From Chiloscyllium plagiosum (lineage: Eukaryota), in contig NC_057732.1 of the NCBI RefSeq assembly GCF_004010195.1, positions 51,813,527-51,877,526 of the forward strand: a stretch of DNA of 64,000 nt. Reading direction: 5' to 3'. The notes below the pieces were generated by a model that searched no databases, was not told the DNA's origin, and saw nothing but the letters and a program-made list of their open reading frames with translations. A program made the translations under genes and the position numbers. Shown here piece by piece: positions 60,856-64,000 of this stretch. Position 1 is the stretch's first letter, and every line of letters starts with the position of its first letter.

Positions 60856-61527
60856 AATAAAACAATTGAAATGCTTACAATCTGTATATTGAGTAGTGTA
60901 CTGGGTCATGTATTGATTGATATTTCTGGGCATAGGTATAATGAAGAAATAAATATTCCTCTCAGGGATGCCTGCTGACTTAGCCCACGTGAACGTTAAT
61001 TGAGTCACTTGTTATCCACTTCTCTATTTTTTTTGACTACCTTCCTGGATAGAGCTATGGGAAAGTCCAGAGGAAAACAAAGTTAAAGCAGGAGTGGAAA
61101 TCATTCCATGACTAACTCTGGGCTTCGCTAAGTGTTTATTTTCAGAGCTTAGGAGTATTAGTCAAAAATAATTTTCAGAGATATTAGGTAGGAGGTTTAA
61201 AAAAGCAAGGTAGCTGAAGTAGTATATCAAATGAGGTGCAAAACGCAAACTAAGTTTCTGAATATTACATTTAGTGATTGTATTGAGTTTTAAAGATAGT
61301 AATTAATAAAATGTCTTGTCAGGATTTTTTTTGTTTAAGCAAATAATTTTAGTAAAGCTAACCTGGCTAATTCAATTGTTGTATTAAGCTGGATTCATGC
61401 TAAGATTAAGTTGTTTGTCTATAAAATATAATAATTAGGCACTTTATTTACTATATCTGATAAATGCAGGCAGTTTTAATCTGCAAAATAACTGAATGTC
61501 AAAGGATGGTTTGAGAACTGAAATAAA
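60856..61527 (+). terminator. Candidate OPTN polyadenylation signals (AATAAA at 60856, 60948, 61305 and 61522)
   Basis: Hexamers seen in an AT-rich 3' region; which one is used is unknown. Confidence 0.35.
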
Positions 61528-62179
61528 TATTTGTCGTGGCTATTCAGATTGTGGCTTGCTTTATAATTCCTGAAGTGAAATAGGCTTTCTCCAATATATT
61601 AGACACACATGATCAAGGTAAGAAGCAGCTCTCAAGTCACATAGGTTTTCTAGTGGATGTTATGTCACCCCAGGGGGTTTGATGGAAATTACACTAAAAT
61701 ATCTTCTGATGCTACTATACTCAGCCTTGTAGATTGACCAAGGAAGAGACTGGATGCAGAAGAGCAGAGAGAGCATTCATAATAATTGATTCTGAAGTTC
61801 TTGGAAAATGTGAACTGCAGGGCCCATTACCAAGAATTTCAAAATGCTGTACTTGACCAATATTGTGATTCTCTTTTCAGGATCAGCAATAGCAAAAAAA
61901 TTGCAATGGTAAGTGAATGTATACAGCAGATCTCCCATGAACCTATTCAGAAAACAAACATTTTATCACTTCCCTACAGCTGAAAAGTTAAAAATTAATT
62001 GTGGTCCAAGAAAGAATAGATCAAATATGAATTTTTTAAACTTGGGTGGAAAGAAAGTGTTTCTCCAAAGCCATTTTGCTCCCAGACTTCTCAGTCCAAT
62101 TCATCTCCCACTCCCACTTTTAATATTCTTCCATTTCTCTTCCAACAGTTCGTGTAGCTAACATTACCATAACAAATAG

Positions 62180-62780
62180 GTACAGGAATAGGCCATTTGG
62201 CCCCCTCAAGACTTCTCTGCTATTCATTAGGATCATGGCTGAACCAGTATTCCTCATATCCACTTTTCCCCATAATCCATGATTCCTCTGATCAAGAACC
62301 TATCTCAGCCTTAAATATTTACAAGGACTCTGTCCCCATAGCTCTCTACAGCAAGGAGTTCCAAAGTCTCCCAATCATCCGAAAGAAGAAATTCCTCTTC
62401 ATTTATCTTAAGCTGGTGCCCTTTACTCAAAGACAATGTCCCCTGGTCTTAGACTCTCTCAATGTGGGGAAATATCCCCTCTACATTTACCCTGCCACAA
62501 CCCTAAAGAATCCTCTATGTTTCCATGAGATCCCTGGTGAAAAGAATCCCAAACCCTGTTTAGCGTTTGCTCATAAGAATATCCCTCCACATATAAACCT
62601 TGGAACTGCCTCCAGTGAAATATCTTTCCTTTAACAAAGGGACCACAACTGCTCACAGTACTCCAAAAGCCATCTCATTGATGATGATGTACAGTTGCAA
62701 TAAGACTTTGTAAATCTTATCTCCAATTCCATTGAAATAAGGCTAAACATTCGATTAGCCCTCCTGATAACCTGCTGCAT
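62180..62780 (-). mobile_element. Old CR1 3' fragment
   Basis: caggaataggccatttggcccc tail and decayed ORF2 end. Confidence 0.65.
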
Positions 62781-63227
62781 TCTTCATAACATTGTTATCA
62801 GTATCTGTGCACTCTTGATATCAACATTATTATAGGTAAAGGTTGGTCCTGTGAACCAGGTTCATATCAAGCTCTCTATGTGACAAACTGTTCGCATTGA
62901 TTTGGCTGTGCAGGATTTGGTGATTGTGCCATGCAACCCCGATTATCCGTAGAACTCTTGTGGAAAGTCAGAATCCACTAAAACTCAGTGGGTTGTTCTT
63001 TTCCATTGTGTGGATTCTTGGGCCAGATGTACAGATATGTGTTACCCATCTGGTGGCTGACAGAATCAACTATTATCTGACTTTTAGCAGAGGTACAAGT
63101 TCAGCAGGAATCTATTTGGTAATATTTCCCCAGTGTTTCACTTTTAAGTTTGATAAGCCATTGATCTGAGCTGCACAAACAGAAGAGAAAGGATCAAGCA
63201 AAAGTGAAAAGCTCACTTTAAAATTTA

Positions 63228-63766
63228 TATTCATTCATGGGATGAAGTGTCGCTGGCTTGGCCAATATTTTATTGCCCAGGCCTAATTGCCCAAAGGGCA
63301 ATTAAGAGTCAACCACATTGCTGTAGGTCTCCAGTCATATGTAGAGTAGATCAGGTAAGGATGGAGTTTACTTCCTTAAAACACATCAATGAACTAGATT
63401 TTTTTTTACTGACGATTGACAGTGGCCATCATCAGGTGAAAGTGAGGACTGCAGATACTGGAGATCAGAGTCAAGATTAGAGTGGTGCTGGAAAAGCACA
63501 GCAGGTCAGGCAGCATCCGAGGAGCAGGAAAATCGGCGTTTCAGACAAAAGCCCTTCATCAGGAATGAGGCAGGGAGCCTCTGGGTGGAGAGACAAATGG
63601 GAGGGGAGGTGGGGCTGAGGAGAAGGTAGCTAAGAGTGCACTAGGTGGGTGAAGTGACACATAATTCCAGATCTACCTTGGCAGGATTTGAACCCATGTC
63701 CTCAGGATGTTATCTGGGTTTCTGGATTAACAGTTCAACGATAATACCAGTAGGCCGTTGCCTCCC
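63228..63766 (-). mobile_element. SacSINE1-like SINE interrupted by a PLE pseudo-LTR (about 63432-63655)
   Basis: SINE halves match the 59432 copy; insert matches the PLE terminus family. Confidence 0.65.
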
Positions 63767-64000
63767 ATAAGTGCTCACTAACAGGACAACACAAAGCCAG
63801 CTACTTTGGCCCAACTAGTCCATGCTGGTTGGTTCGTCCATTCTAGCTTCCTCTGGTCTTTCTTCACAAACTCCATAAACATTCATTCTCCATTCCCTTC
63901 TCCTTCATACTTATCGAATTCTATACTATTCACTTCAACTAATTGGCCATGCTAAATTGCCCGTAGTGTTAGGTGCAGGTGTAAATATAGGAGAATGAGT

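Overview
This is vertebrate genomic DNA, almost certainly from a cartilaginous fish (shark). The evidence is HE1/V-SINEs, HER1/CR1 LINEs, SacSINE1-like SINEs and many Penelope-like elements (PLEs). It carries the head-to-head CCDC3/OPTN gene pair: the first coding exon of CCDC3 on the minus strand (4128-4486) and a complete optineurin gene on the plus strand. OPTN has a CpG-island promoter at about 17.9-18.7 kb and 14 GT-AG coding exons from 23718 to 60057 that join in frame into about 660 aa, with LIR, UBAN and zinc finger intact. Main unusual points: (1) an extra in-frame OPTN exon that is an old, diverged tandem duplicate of the CC2 exon preceding the UBAN; (2) a 200-bp templated copy of the UBAN exon 3' half plus intron inserted into a LINE remnant; (3) a promoter made of a 51-bp NRF1-like minisatellite, a YY1 site and twin IRF-1/ISRE elements; (4) a duplicated CCAAT module upstream of CCDC3; (5) several families of tiny hairpin PLE derivatives carrying minimal hammerhead-ribozyme cores and 12-17 bp target-site duplications. 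Exon models and repeat family names come from manual reading and recalled homology, not from database searches.
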